Assembly (NCBI GenBank): GCA_017561575.1
Contig: JAFZBS010000007.1
Location: 15,857-79,856, forward strand
Length of the DNA: 64,000 nucleotides
Source of the DNA: Candidatus Saccharimonadota bacterium
GTDB lineage: Bacteria > Patescibacteriota > Saccharimonadia > Saccharimonadales > Saccharimonadaceae
Direction: 5' to 3'
Shown: positions 1 through 7,948 of the stretch, piece after piece
How the letters are laid out: each line of letters opens with the position of its first letter
Position numbering within the stretch: the first letter of the stretch is position 1
The notes under the pieces: model-generated
The model's database searches: none
Seen by the model: only the letters and a program-made list of their open reading frames with translations
What the model was told of the DNA's origin: nothing
Made by a program: the position numbers and the translations under genes

Positions 1-32
1 GCCCGTGCTCTAACCTGCTGAGCTACCGACCC
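1..32 (-). tRNA. tRNA 5' portion, truncated by the window edge; anticodon not visible
   Basis: The reverse complement reads GGGTCGGTAGCTCAGCAGGTTAGAGCACGGGC, an acceptor stem plus D-arm. A minus-strand TGATATAAT lies upstream at ~58-66. Confidence 0.85.
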
Positions 33-310
33 AAATTGTTAAATTATTAACTTCATCATTATATCATAAAACTTTAAAAATTAAAATACTCTTTCGCGAT
101 TTGACAAAAAGGCTCGGTTAAATCTTCTGGTTTGTCATAGAAAATAACTTTCGTAGCAAGATCTGAAATAGTTTTTGAAATATCACTACCTGTTTTGGCA
201 ATTACAAAAAATCGGCTTTGAATGCCGAGTTTCTTATAATCCGGTGGCGCCGCTCGCGAAGCGACGGGGCCACACTTTTTGAATGTGAGCGTAAGCGAAC
301 ATTCATGGTG

Positions 311-386
311 TGGTGGCGCCGACTGGACTTGAACCAGTGACACAAGGCTCTTCAGGCCTCTGCTCTACCAACTGAGCTACAGCGCC
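311..386 (-). tRNA. tRNA-Phe(GAA)
   Basis: 76 nt: GGCGCTGTAGCTCAGTTGGTAGAGCAGAGGCCTGAAGAGCCTTGTGTCACTGGTTCAAGTCCAGTCGGCGCCACCA. Anticodon GAA, encoded CCA. Confidence 0.96.
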
Positions 387-426
387 AATATTTATATTGT
401 ACCACATCTGTGCTATAATGAAAAGT

Positions 427-1698
427 ATGAAAAAGATAAATACGAACCCGATTTCTGGTATGCAAGAATTGCTGCCGGAGGCGCAGGCAACTTTCAATAA
501 ACTTAAGGACTTGATTTCCGAGACTTATCGACATCATGGGTACCTTAATATTGAAACACCAGTGATTGATAGATGTGAGATTTTGCTTGCGAAGGCGGGC
601 GGCGATACTGAGAAACAAATATATAAAGTTGTTAAGACTGCCGAGACGGCAGAGATGGCTGACCAGGCGCTGAGATTTGACCACACGGTGCCGCTGGCGC
701 GATATGTGGTGGAGCACGAGAGTGATCTCAAGTTTCCATTTAAAGTGTCGCAGATTGGGCGAAATTATCGTGGTGAAAGAGCGCAAAAAGGGCGATTTCG
801 TGAGTTTTATCAGTGCGATGTAGATGTAATTGGCAGGGGAGAGCTTCCGATTTATTATGATGCGGATGTGATTTTGACGCTGCTTGATACGTTTGACAAG
901 TTTGAGCTTGGTACGCCAGTGGTGGCAAGAGTGAGCAACCGCAAGATTTTGACCGGAATGCTCGAAGGGCTGAATTTGCAAGAGAAAGCAACGGATATTT
1001 ATAGTATTATCGATCACTGCGAGAAGGTGTCGGCGGAAAAGACTGAGGCGGCATTTGATGAGATTGGTCTAACGGCGGATGAAAAAGATAAATTATTAAA
1101 CTTTATGAAGCTACATGGTGACTATGAGAAGGTCATTGAGGGGCTTATTAAACTCGGAATTGATAATGTGACGATGCGGGCTGGTATAGATGAGCTTGGG
1201 GTGGTATTAAAACTAGTTGAAGCGGGTGGACATGGTGATGCTATAAGAGCTGACATGCGAATTGTGAGAGGACTAGATTATTATACCGGTACAGTGTTCG
1301 AGTTTAATTTGCCAGAGTATCCTGGTGCAGGGTCAGTATGTGGCGGCGGACGTTATGAAAACTTGGCGGGGTATTTCACGGACCTTAGCCTCCCTGGGGT
1401 TGGGGGTTCGATTGGACTAACTAGGCTATTTTATGTTCTAGCTGAAAATAAATTGGTAAAAAGTCAAACAGAGAAGCCGGTAGATGTGGCGATAATTCCA
1501 ATTACTGATAACGAGTTAAATTATGCTCTCAAAGTTGCATCTCTCATTCGGACTGGTGGCGAGACGGCGACGGTAGTTGCAAGTGGCAAAAAATTGGGTG
1601 ATAAAATGAAGTACGCGGCGGCGGTAGCAAAGAAAGGGATTGTGCTAGGCGAAGCAGAAGTTGCTAGTGGCAAGTATCGGGTGAAAGAGTTTAATTAG
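427..1698 (+). CDS. hisS: Histidyl-tRNA synthetase
   Basis: Motifs LRFDHTVP, RGERAQKGRFREFYQCD and RGLDYYTG...GGGRY. Start placed at the ATG after TGCTATAAT. Confidence 0.96.
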   Translation: MKKINTNPISGMQELLPEAQATFNKLKDLISETYRHHGYLNIETPVIDRCEILLAKAGGDTEKQIYKVVKTAETAEMADQALRFDHTVPLARYVVEHESDLKFPFKVSQIGRNYRGERAQKGRFREFYQCDVDVIGRGELPIYYDADVILTLLDTFDKFELGTPVVARVSNRKILTGMLEGLNLQEKATDIYSIIDHCEKVSAEKTEAAFDEIGLTADEKDKLLNFMKLHGDYEKVIEGLIKLGIDNVTMRAGIDELGVVLKLVEAGGHGDAIRADMRIVRGLDYYTGTVFEFNLPEYPGAGSVCGGGRYENLAGYFTDLSLPGVGGSIGLTRLFYVLAENKLVKSQTEKPVDVAIIPITDNELNYALKVASLIRTGGETATVVASGKKLGDKMKYAAAVAKKGIVLGEAEVASGKYRVKEFN

Positions 1699-1809
1699 TT
1701 TTGTTAATATAATTAGCTACTTTATTATTCTTTTGAATAAGCAGTTTTTTGACTTGAAATCCTTTTTGGCTTATGCTATGATGGATGTATAAAAGGATTA
1801 TAATTAAAG

Positions 1810-3687
1810 ATGAGCAGCAAATTAAACTTATTATTAGGGGGTTTGGTTGGTAGTACGACTATGTCTGGTATATTATTAGTATCGCCGTGGGCGTTGGCAG
1901 ACACTTCTACGGTTTCTACCGCAACTGTTATTATCCCTACTTCATGTTCTATGACAGCAAATGTAGACTCAGAACATACCGCCTCACTTATTAATGGTAT
2001 CTATTCTGGCGGTAATGATTATTATCCAAATGGTATAGGTAAAACCACACTCACTGCCTTTTGTAATGATGCTTCAGGCTTTGCTATTTATGCAGTAGGC
2101 TTTTCTGGTGATGAATATGGTGCTACCAATATGATAGGCACTAATACTGGTACTACCATCCCTACCGGTACTGCAACGAGTGGCGCTAACTCACAATGGG
2201 CGATGAAACTCACCAAAGTCACAGACACATCAGTTGCTTATAACCCTGCCAATATGACTATTACTAATGGTTATGATGATTATAGTGCTGTACCAAATGA
2301 TTACGATAAAGTAGCCACCTTTTCATCCGCTACAGACCAAACACTAGGTGCTAAACTAACCACCACTTATGCCGCCTATATCTCCAATACTCAACCAGCT
2401 GATACTTATACTGGTAAAGTTAAGTACACTCTCGTTCACCCTGCGACTAGTGAGCCAAACAAACCTCAAACTACACCAGTTAACAAGATTGGCTACTTCC
2501 CCAATGCGGAAGGTTCGGTAGAGGATACTATGGGCGATCAGTCCATAGGTAGCTCTGCCACTTCTGCCGTGCTTTGGGCTTCTAACTTCAAACGTCCAGG
2601 CTATGGTTTTGCTGGTTGGTCTGATGCCTTTGATTATGTAGTAGGTGAAGGGAGTGAATCTAATCCTAACGCCCATATCTACGGTCCTAACCAAACTATA
2701 GAATTTACTGCAGGCCAATATAGTACAAAAGGTCTATCCCTCTACGCTGTCTGGGTACCGTCAGCTGGCTCACTTCAAAACTGGTCTGGCTGTAGTAGCC
2801 TAACCCAAGGCGCAGTTACTGCCCTCACAGACCAACGTGATAACAATACCTATGCCGTAGCTAAACTTGCAGATGGCAAATGCTGGATGATAGAAAACTT
2901 GAGGCTAGACAATACCAATTCAGACAATGCCACTGGTGCTCTTGCGCAAGGTTATGGCACTTCCGCTACCTACGGCAACTTTATCGGTCTAGCTAATCCA
3001 GAAACGGCTAACTTTGCAGCGACAGGCGGTACTAGTGCAACTGACCCAACTGAACCTAACTCCATCTACTACGCTGGTACACTAGTCGCTCCAGCTACAG
3101 TAGATATCTCCCAAACTAACTATGCAAGCTACCGTATGCCAAGATACCGCAATGATAATACTAATGCCACAGTAGCTAATATGACTGGTACATCCCAAAA
3201 CATCTATAGCTACGGTAACTACTACTCTTGGCCAGCTGCTAAAGCTAACACTGACTATCTAAATACATTAGCAAACTCCAACGCTACTAACACTTCCATC
3301 TGTCCTAAAGGCTGGAAACTCCCACGAGGTGGGAATAAGAGCGGTCAGGCTGATAATGATTTCTGGTCACTTGTTGTTACTGGTCTAAATAATAGCACAA
3401 ACCCAGCTAATTATGATAGCTCTACCCAACCATATTACACAGGCACAGAAGAAGCTGGTCCAGTAGATAAGAAACTTAGAACCTTCCCCAACAACTTCGT
3501 TTATTCCGGCTACGTCAATGTTAGTTCGGTGGTTTATCGCGGTAGCTACGGCTACTATTGGTCGGCTACTGCAAGCAGCCTCTTCAATGCTTACTATTTC
3601 AGCTTCTACGGCGCGTACGTCTACCCAGGTACTAACGATATCAATAAGTACGTCGGGAGAGCGGTTCGTTGTCTAGTTGGTAGTTAG
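1810..3687 (+). CDS. DGR target protein: exported surface protein with InlB-B/Flg_new-like repeat and a C-terminal FISUMP (Fib_succ_major)-like C-type-lectin-fold domain
   Basis: Signal-peptide-like N-terminus, F.RPGY.F.GW repeat, DQRD..Y...KL.DG.CWM.ENL, YG.YYSW, ICPKGW.LP, and YWS...GRAVRC at the C-terminus. The 3' end is the VR. Confidence 0.9.
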   Translation: MSSKLNLLLGGLVGSTTMSGILLVSPWALADTSTVSTATVIIPTSCSMTANVDSEHTASLINGIYSGGNDYYPNGIGKTTLTAFCNDASGFAIYAVGFSGDEYGATNMIGTNTGTTIPTGTATSGANSQWAMKLTKVTDTSVAYNPANMTITNGYDDYSAVPNDYDKVATFSSATDQTLGAKLTTTYAAYISNTQPADTYTGKVKYTLVHPATSEPNKPQTTPVNKIGYFPNAEGSVEDTMGDQSIGSSATSAVLWASNFKRPGYGFAGWSDAFDYVVGEGSESNPNAHIYGPNQTIEFTAGQYSTKGLSLYAVWVPSAGSLQNWSGCSSLTQGAVTALTDQRDNNTYAVAKLADGKCWMIENLRLDNTNSDNATGALAQGYGTSATYGNFIGLANPETANFAATGGTSATDPTEPNSIYYAGTLVAPATVDISQTNYASYRMPRYRNDNTNATVANMTGTSQNIYSYGNYYSWPAAKANTDYLNTLANSNATNTSICPKGWKLPRGGNKSGQADNDFWSLVVTGLNNSTNPANYDSSTQPYYTGTEEAGPVDKKLRTFPNNFVYSGYVNVSSVVYRGSYGYYWSATASSLFNAYYFSFYGAYVYPGTNDINKYVGRAVRCLVGS

Positions 3688-3703
3688 GTTTGTGCTTTTC
3701 CAG
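3496..3703 (+). repeat. DGR variable repeat (VR) plus IMH
   Basis: 208-bp ungapped match to 3996-4203 with 22 mismatches, all opposite A in the TR. Confidence 0.97.
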
Positions 3704-3716
3704 AACCCTAGGAATG

Positions 3717-3803
3717 TTCAAGGGTTCCGTCAACAGACGGAACGCCTTGAACCGCGTCGCCTGCGTAGGCGACGCCATTTTTGCCTTTTTAAAGGCAAAA
3801 ATG
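3717..3803. other. Three tandem hairpins/cruciforms downstream of the VR
   Basis: TTCAAGG-GTTCCGTC-aaca-GACGGAAC-g-CCTTGAA; GCGTCGCCT-gcgt-AGGCGACGC; CATTTTTGCCTTT-tt-AAAGGCAAAAATG. Confidence 0.8.
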
Positions 3804-3995
3804 ATATAATGATAATGGCTAATAAGTGATTTCGGAAAAGGAATGATGGATTTGGTTACCATCATCGTCTGAAATCGAACTTTGCCACGTAGGGTTCAGA
3901 GTCACACTTTTTTGAAAAGTTTTTGCGTTTAGCGATTATTGTTTTCTAAGGAAGATGATAATTCTAAGATGGCTCTTCTAGTTTTGAGTTGATTA

Positions 3996-4203
3996 TTCGT
4001 TTATTCCGGCAACGTCAATGATAGTTCGGTGAATAATCGCGGTAGCAACGGCAACTATTGGTCGGCTACTGCAAGCAGCAACAACAATGCTTACAATTTC
4101 AACTTCAACAGCACGAACGTCAACCCAGGTACTAACAATAACAATAAGTACAACGGGAGAGCGGTTCGTTGTCTAGTTGGTAGTTAGGTTTGTGCTTTTC
4201 CAG
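3996..4203 (+). ncRNA. DGR template repeat (TR) plus IMH*
   Basis: A-rich copy of the VR with 19 in-frame AAC/AAT codons. Preceded by TGATATAAT at ~3802-3810 and a structured leader. Confidence 0.95.
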
Positions 4204-5401
4204 CATCCTTTAGTGGCAATGATTTTTGCGATGGCATACGAAAGAGATCGTCGTCAACATAATCCCAGCCATTTTGTTCGAATATTTTTTTGACTATCTT
4301 GTAACTATTGTAATGCTTCAAGTGGCCAAGATACGAGGGAACTGAATCGGCCGTGTGATGTCCAGATACTACTTCGCTCATGGCCTTTTTGGCATTATTG
4401 ACCAACCGCTGGCCTGGTATGATATGATCATTATATACTGTCACTCCTAAGAATGGAATGCCGTATTTTGAGTTTTTTAGAAGTTGTTTTTTGGGATGTA
4501 ATGTGAGCTTCAGCAAAGATAGATATTCTTTGATTGCTTTTATATCTTTTTTGAGCTGCGGGAGCTCTTCTTCGCTTACTACTATATAAAAATCGTCGAC
4601 ATAACGGCCATAGTGTTGATAACCCAAATCAATCGTAATAAAGCGATCTAGTTGGTCTAGATAGATGTTGGATAGTAGCTGCGAGGTAAGATTTCCGATA
4701 ACGATACCGCGCCCTTTGGGTTGGCAAAAAAGACTTTTGGATTTTGGAAGTTTGTCCCATGCGGCGAGATCGCCTTTTTTCTTGGCACCGACTACGGGAT
4801 CGTCCATGATGGTGTGTTGCCAGAGAAATTTAAGAATTTCATATTCACGGCTATTCTGACGGGTTTTAAATTGTCGATTTAGTCCCCAGATAGCTCTATC
4901 GTAGAGCTCTCGGCGCGGTAAAGACATAAAATATCCCTGGATGTCTAGTTTGAGTACAAATGCGGGCCTTTTGTAATTTCCAGAAACAGAACGAATATGA
5001 TGGTCTAGACGTTTGATACCGAATAAGACGCCTTTATTAATGCGGCAGGAATATGAGTCGTAGATAAAATGATGGTCCCACCAATCATAAACCGATTCAA
5101 ATATGAGGTGGTGGACAATACGGTCGCGAAATGGTGCAGCGAATATTTCGCGGATAACTGGTTTAAAAATGATATGGGCCGAACTGCGTGATGGGTTATA
5201 GGTTTTGTTTAAAATATCTTGCTTTAAAAGTTCGAGATTGTTAAAAAGATTGACTTCAAAACTATGTTCGTCGTGCGTGTGACGTTTGCCGCCTTTTCTG
5301 GCTTGGAGATAGGAGAGATAAAGGGCAAGCTCTAGTCTTGACTCAAAAGAGCGTCTTTCAGATTTGTTGTAGTTTTGGTATTTTTCTAAAATTGTTCTCA
5401 T
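4184..5401 (-). CDS. DGR reverse transcriptase
   Basis: Motifs REIFAAPFRDRIVHH, LKLDIQGYF, GIVIGNLTSQLLSNIYL (the SQ motif typical of DGR RTs), YGRYVDDF and FLG. Adjacent to the TR. Confidence 0.96.
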   Translation of the reverse strand: MRTILEKYQNYNKSERRSFESRLELALYLSYLQARKGGKRHTHDEHSFEVNLFNNLELLKQDILNKTYNPSRSSAHIIFKPVIREIFAAPFRDRIVHHLIFESVYDWWDHHFIYDSYSCRINKGVLFGIKRLDHHIRSVSGNYKRPAFVLKLDIQGYFMSLPRRELYDRAIWGLNRQFKTRQNSREYEILKFLWQHTIMDDPVVGAKKKGDLAAWDKLPKSKSLFCQPKGRGIVIGNLTSQLLSNIYLDQLDRFITIDLGYQHYGRYVDDFYIVVSEEELPQLKKDIKAIKEYLSLLKLTLHPKKQLLKNSKYGIPFLGVTVYNDHIIPGQRLVNNAKKAMSEVVSGHHTADSVPSYLGHLKHYNSYKIVKKIFEQNGWDYVDDDLFRMPSQKSLPLKDAGKAQT

Positions 5402-6204
5402 TTTTGCGCCTTAAAATGTCTTTCGATTGTATTTTTGATATCTTGGAATAAGATGCCGAGACGTTGCTCGGTGGAATAATCTAAAGCATGATTTTCGTTG
5501 AGGATTATTAGGATAGCGTGCATTTTATTGACAGCTTTTAGAAAACTTTGTTTTGCGGTTTCTTTATCGATTTGGTTATTGACGGTGGCAATATAAAGTT
5601 CAAAAATATATGTTAGGGTATGATTTAGGGTTAAACCAAAAGAATTGCGGTAATATTCATCCATCTTGCGAATTTTGTTTGGAAGTGTTTGAGCTAAGAC
5701 TAAAAATAGGCCATAAAGTTCTGGTATTGTATGAGGAGGCTTTAATAGTTGATTGGTTTTGTTTTTTTCTTCAATATCCTTTTGACGAAGTTTTTTTATT
5801 TCTGCAGAGGAGTATTTGTGTTTAAGATTAAATATTAAGAGATCAGACTCTATTTTGTATTTAAAACCTAGATTGGTCATGTTTTTTATAAAAATGTCTT
5901 GCCAATGAATGGCGATGATACCATTTTTGAAACGACAATTTAAATCAGTGTCGGGATGGAGCACGGGCGGTTTTTTATTTAGTCTGGGGGCGATGAGGTA
6001 TTTGTAGAATAAAGCAGAGTTCCCACCAATCTTTAGCCATTCGTTTTGGTTGTCTTTGTTGGGAATTGATGGAATTAAGATAATGGCGGAATTATTGCTT
6101 TCCTCCATGATGATTGCAATGCGTTTGCGTTTGTAATAATCTTTGTATAATTGGTTTTGATTTGAATTTATTAAAGTGTTCATAACACTTTTATTATCTA
6201 ACAC
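5398..6204 (-). CDS. DGR accessory protein, Avd-like C-terminal helical bundle with an extra N-terminal domain
   Basis: Coupled to the RT by a 4-bp overlap. Basic protein; the last ~110 aa are helical and include KMDEYYRNSFG, resembling Avd. Start uncertain. Confidence 0.65.
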   Translation of the reverse strand: MLDNKSVMNTLINSNQNQLYKDYYKRKRIAIIMEESNNSAIILIPSIPNKDNQNEWLKIGGNSALFYKYLIAPRLNKKPPVLHPDTDLNCRFKNGIIAIHWQDIFIKNMTNLGFKYKIESDLLIFNLKHKYSSAEIKKLRQKDIEEKNKTNQLLKPPHTIPELYGLFLVLAQTLPNKIRKMDEYYRNSFGLTLNHTLTYIFELYIATVNNQIDKETAKQSFLKAVNKMHAILIILNENHALDYSTEQRLGILFQDIKNTIERHFKAQK

Positions 6205-6269
6205 TATTGATACTTTTAGAATTGTCAGACAAAAATGTGCTATAATGAATATATTGTAAAAGTGGAGAC

Positions 6270-6932
6270 GTGGTGGAAAAGAGATTAAATTTTAATTGGC
6301 GGAAGTGGCTGGATGGGTTTATTCTGGCTGGTAAGGGGATACTGCTGGCAGCAAAAGAGAAGCGATTTTGGATTGGATTTGTCATTGCATTTTTGTTTTT
6401 TGGAACATTGATGAATCTGCTCGCCGGAGGGTTTTCTAAGTTTGAGTTGATGGGGACGGTGGGATTTGGCGGGTCGATGAAGATTATTTGGGATGCATTT
6501 ATCGGGGTATTTGGGGTGAATATGATCTTTGTGGACTGGGTGCCGGTATTTTTGCTGGCTCTCCTTCAGGGGGTGTTGATTGGATTAATTGTGCTTCTTT
6601 GGGATAAAAAGAGAGTGAAGGCTGGCGGGAAGTCTGACAAAAAATCTACCGACGAAAAAGAAAACACTAATTCGGCGAACGTTGAAAAGGCGGGTATTAT
6701 TACTGGTCTGATTGCACTCGGGGCGGGATGTCCGACCTGTGGAACGACGTTGCTTACGCCGCTTCTCGGTACGATTTTTTCGACCGGTAGTTTGGCAGCG
6801 GTGGGGGTGATTTCGGGGATAGTGACGGCGGCGGCGGTAATAATTGCAATTTTGTCATTAAAGCGCATCGGTGAGGAAACCTATGTTATAATAATTAATG
6901 AAAAGTTTTTAGCGAAGAAAGGAAGAGTGTGA
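6270..6932 (+). CDS. Membrane protein with GCPTCG (CxxC) motif
   Basis: Several hydrophobic segments and a CxxC motif; overlaps the downstream DsbA-like gene. Confidence 0.7.
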   Translation: MVEKRLNFNWRKWLDGFILAGKGILLAAKEKRFWIGFVIAFLFFGTLMNLLAGGFSKFELMGTVGFGGSMKIIWDAFIGVFGVNMIFVDWVPVFLLALLQGVLIGLIVLLWDKKRVKAGGKSDKKSTDEKENTNSANVEKAGIITGLIALGAGCPTCGTTLLTPLLGTIFSTGSLAAVGVISGIVTAAAVIIAILSLKRIGEETYVIIINEKFLAKKGRV

Positions 6933-7636
6933 AACTAAGCAAAGTTTTTAGAGTCGCTGGACTTGTGGCGATTGTGGTGGCAATATTAGCAGCTATTATT
7001 ACAAGTATGAATCATAAGACGCCAAATTCGGAAAAAGTGTGGGATACCGATATGACGATGGGAAGCTTAGACGCTGAAAACTACTATATTATTTATTCTG
7101 ATCTTGCCTGTCCTTATTGTGTCGCGTTTGAAAATGCTTTGATTGAGAATGAAGAGGAATTTAAGCAGTATATCGAAGAGAATGATATTTTAGTAGAGGT
7201 GAGGCTGTCTGACTTTTTGTACGAATATGGGCAATCACAGTCGCCGGAATCGCGATATGGAGCGGAGGCGATTTATTGTGCAAAGAAGGAGGGGAAGTTT
7301 TGGGAATATTATAATTTGGCAATTACAAAGGTTTGGGATGACTATTTTGCTGAAATGGGGAAAGCGGCATTTACGGAGTTTAATAAGCTAGGTAAGGATT
7401 ACTGGGTCAAGATGGGCAAGGAAGTGGGGCTAGGTAGTTCGTTTAAGGATTGTGTAGAAAATGATGAGACGCTTGATGAAGTAAAAGCAAGTGCTTTGAA
7501 AAGTGTTAAGCTGATTGATGGGATGCCATACTTTAAGTTTAATAAGTATATCTCATCTGGATTTGATCTTTCATGGGGGTGGGAGTACGCCAAGATGTAT
7601 CTTGAGTCTGGCTTGAAGCCAGAGAACAAGCTATAA
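6929..7636 (+). CDS. DsbA/BdbD-like thioredoxin-fold protein
   Basis: N-terminal TM segment, YSDLACPYC, AEAIYCA...GKFWEY, and GMP cis-Pro loop. Confidence 0.85.
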   Translation: MKLSKVFRVAGLVAIVVAILAAIITSMNHKTPNSEKVWDTDMTMGSLDAENYYIIYSDLACPYCVAFENALIENEEEFKQYIEENDILVEVRLSDFLYEYGQSQSPESRYGAEAIYCAKKEGKFWEYYNLAITKVWDDYFAEMGKAAFTEFNKLGKDYWVKMGKEVGLGSSFKDCVENDETLDEVKASALKSVKLIDGMPYFKFNKYISSGFDLSWGWEYAKMYLESGLKPENKL

Positions 7637-7639
7637 AAA

Positions 7640-7671
7640 AGATATGCGACAAGTGTCGCATATCTCTATTT
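7640..7671. terminator. Inverted repeat, probable intrinsic terminator
   Basis: AGATATGCGACA-ag-TGTCGCATATCT flanked by A/T tracts. Confidence 0.6.
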
Positions 7672-7787
7672 TTAACAGAGGTGCTTATTATATATAATTG
7701 TTGCGTATTTTTGTCAAGCATTATTATGACATGAAAAATCTTAAAAATCAATATTGACACATATTATGGCTATGCTAAAATTAAATT

Positions 7788-7925
7788 AGGTTCGGGTCAA
7801 TCGACGCGTTGAGAGAGACCGGAGCTATGGGTGGTGAAGTGTAGAGCTATTTTGGGTATATAGTTTTGAAATTTCGCCTAGAAATTAAAATGAACTCTTG
7901 TTTTAAGCGAGAGTTTTATTTTTTA
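7788..7925 (+). ncRNA. Candidate stand-alone small RNA
   Basis: TTGACA-16-TAAAAT promoter at 7754-7781, two stem-loops, and terminator AACTCTTG..CGAGAGTT followed by a T-tract. Confidence 0.45.
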
Positions 7926-7948
7926 TTAGATTATGTTACAATTTAGAT

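Larger units (their letters stand above)
1810..6204. mobile_element. Complete diversity-generating retroelement
   Basis: Target/VR, hairpins, TR, RT and accessory gene are all present. Confidence 0.95.

Noticed and set aside
352-1017. Long antisense or shadow ORFs (also 9344-9970, 37382-37900, 38634-39245 and others)
   Set aside because: They lie opposite well-supported genes and have no recognisable motifs.
4061-4160. AAC-rich stretch as a microsatellite or CRISPR array
   Set aside because: Fully explained as the DGR template repeat. No repeat-spacer array or cas genes were seen in the window.
4184-5401. RT as a group II intron or retron RT
   Set aside because: No maturase/endonuclease domain or VTG motif; the SQ motif and adjacent TR/VR pair indicate a DGR.
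7788-7925. c-di-AMP riboswitch or SRP RNA
   Set aside because: Their conserved motifs were not found; kept only as an unclassified RNA candidate.
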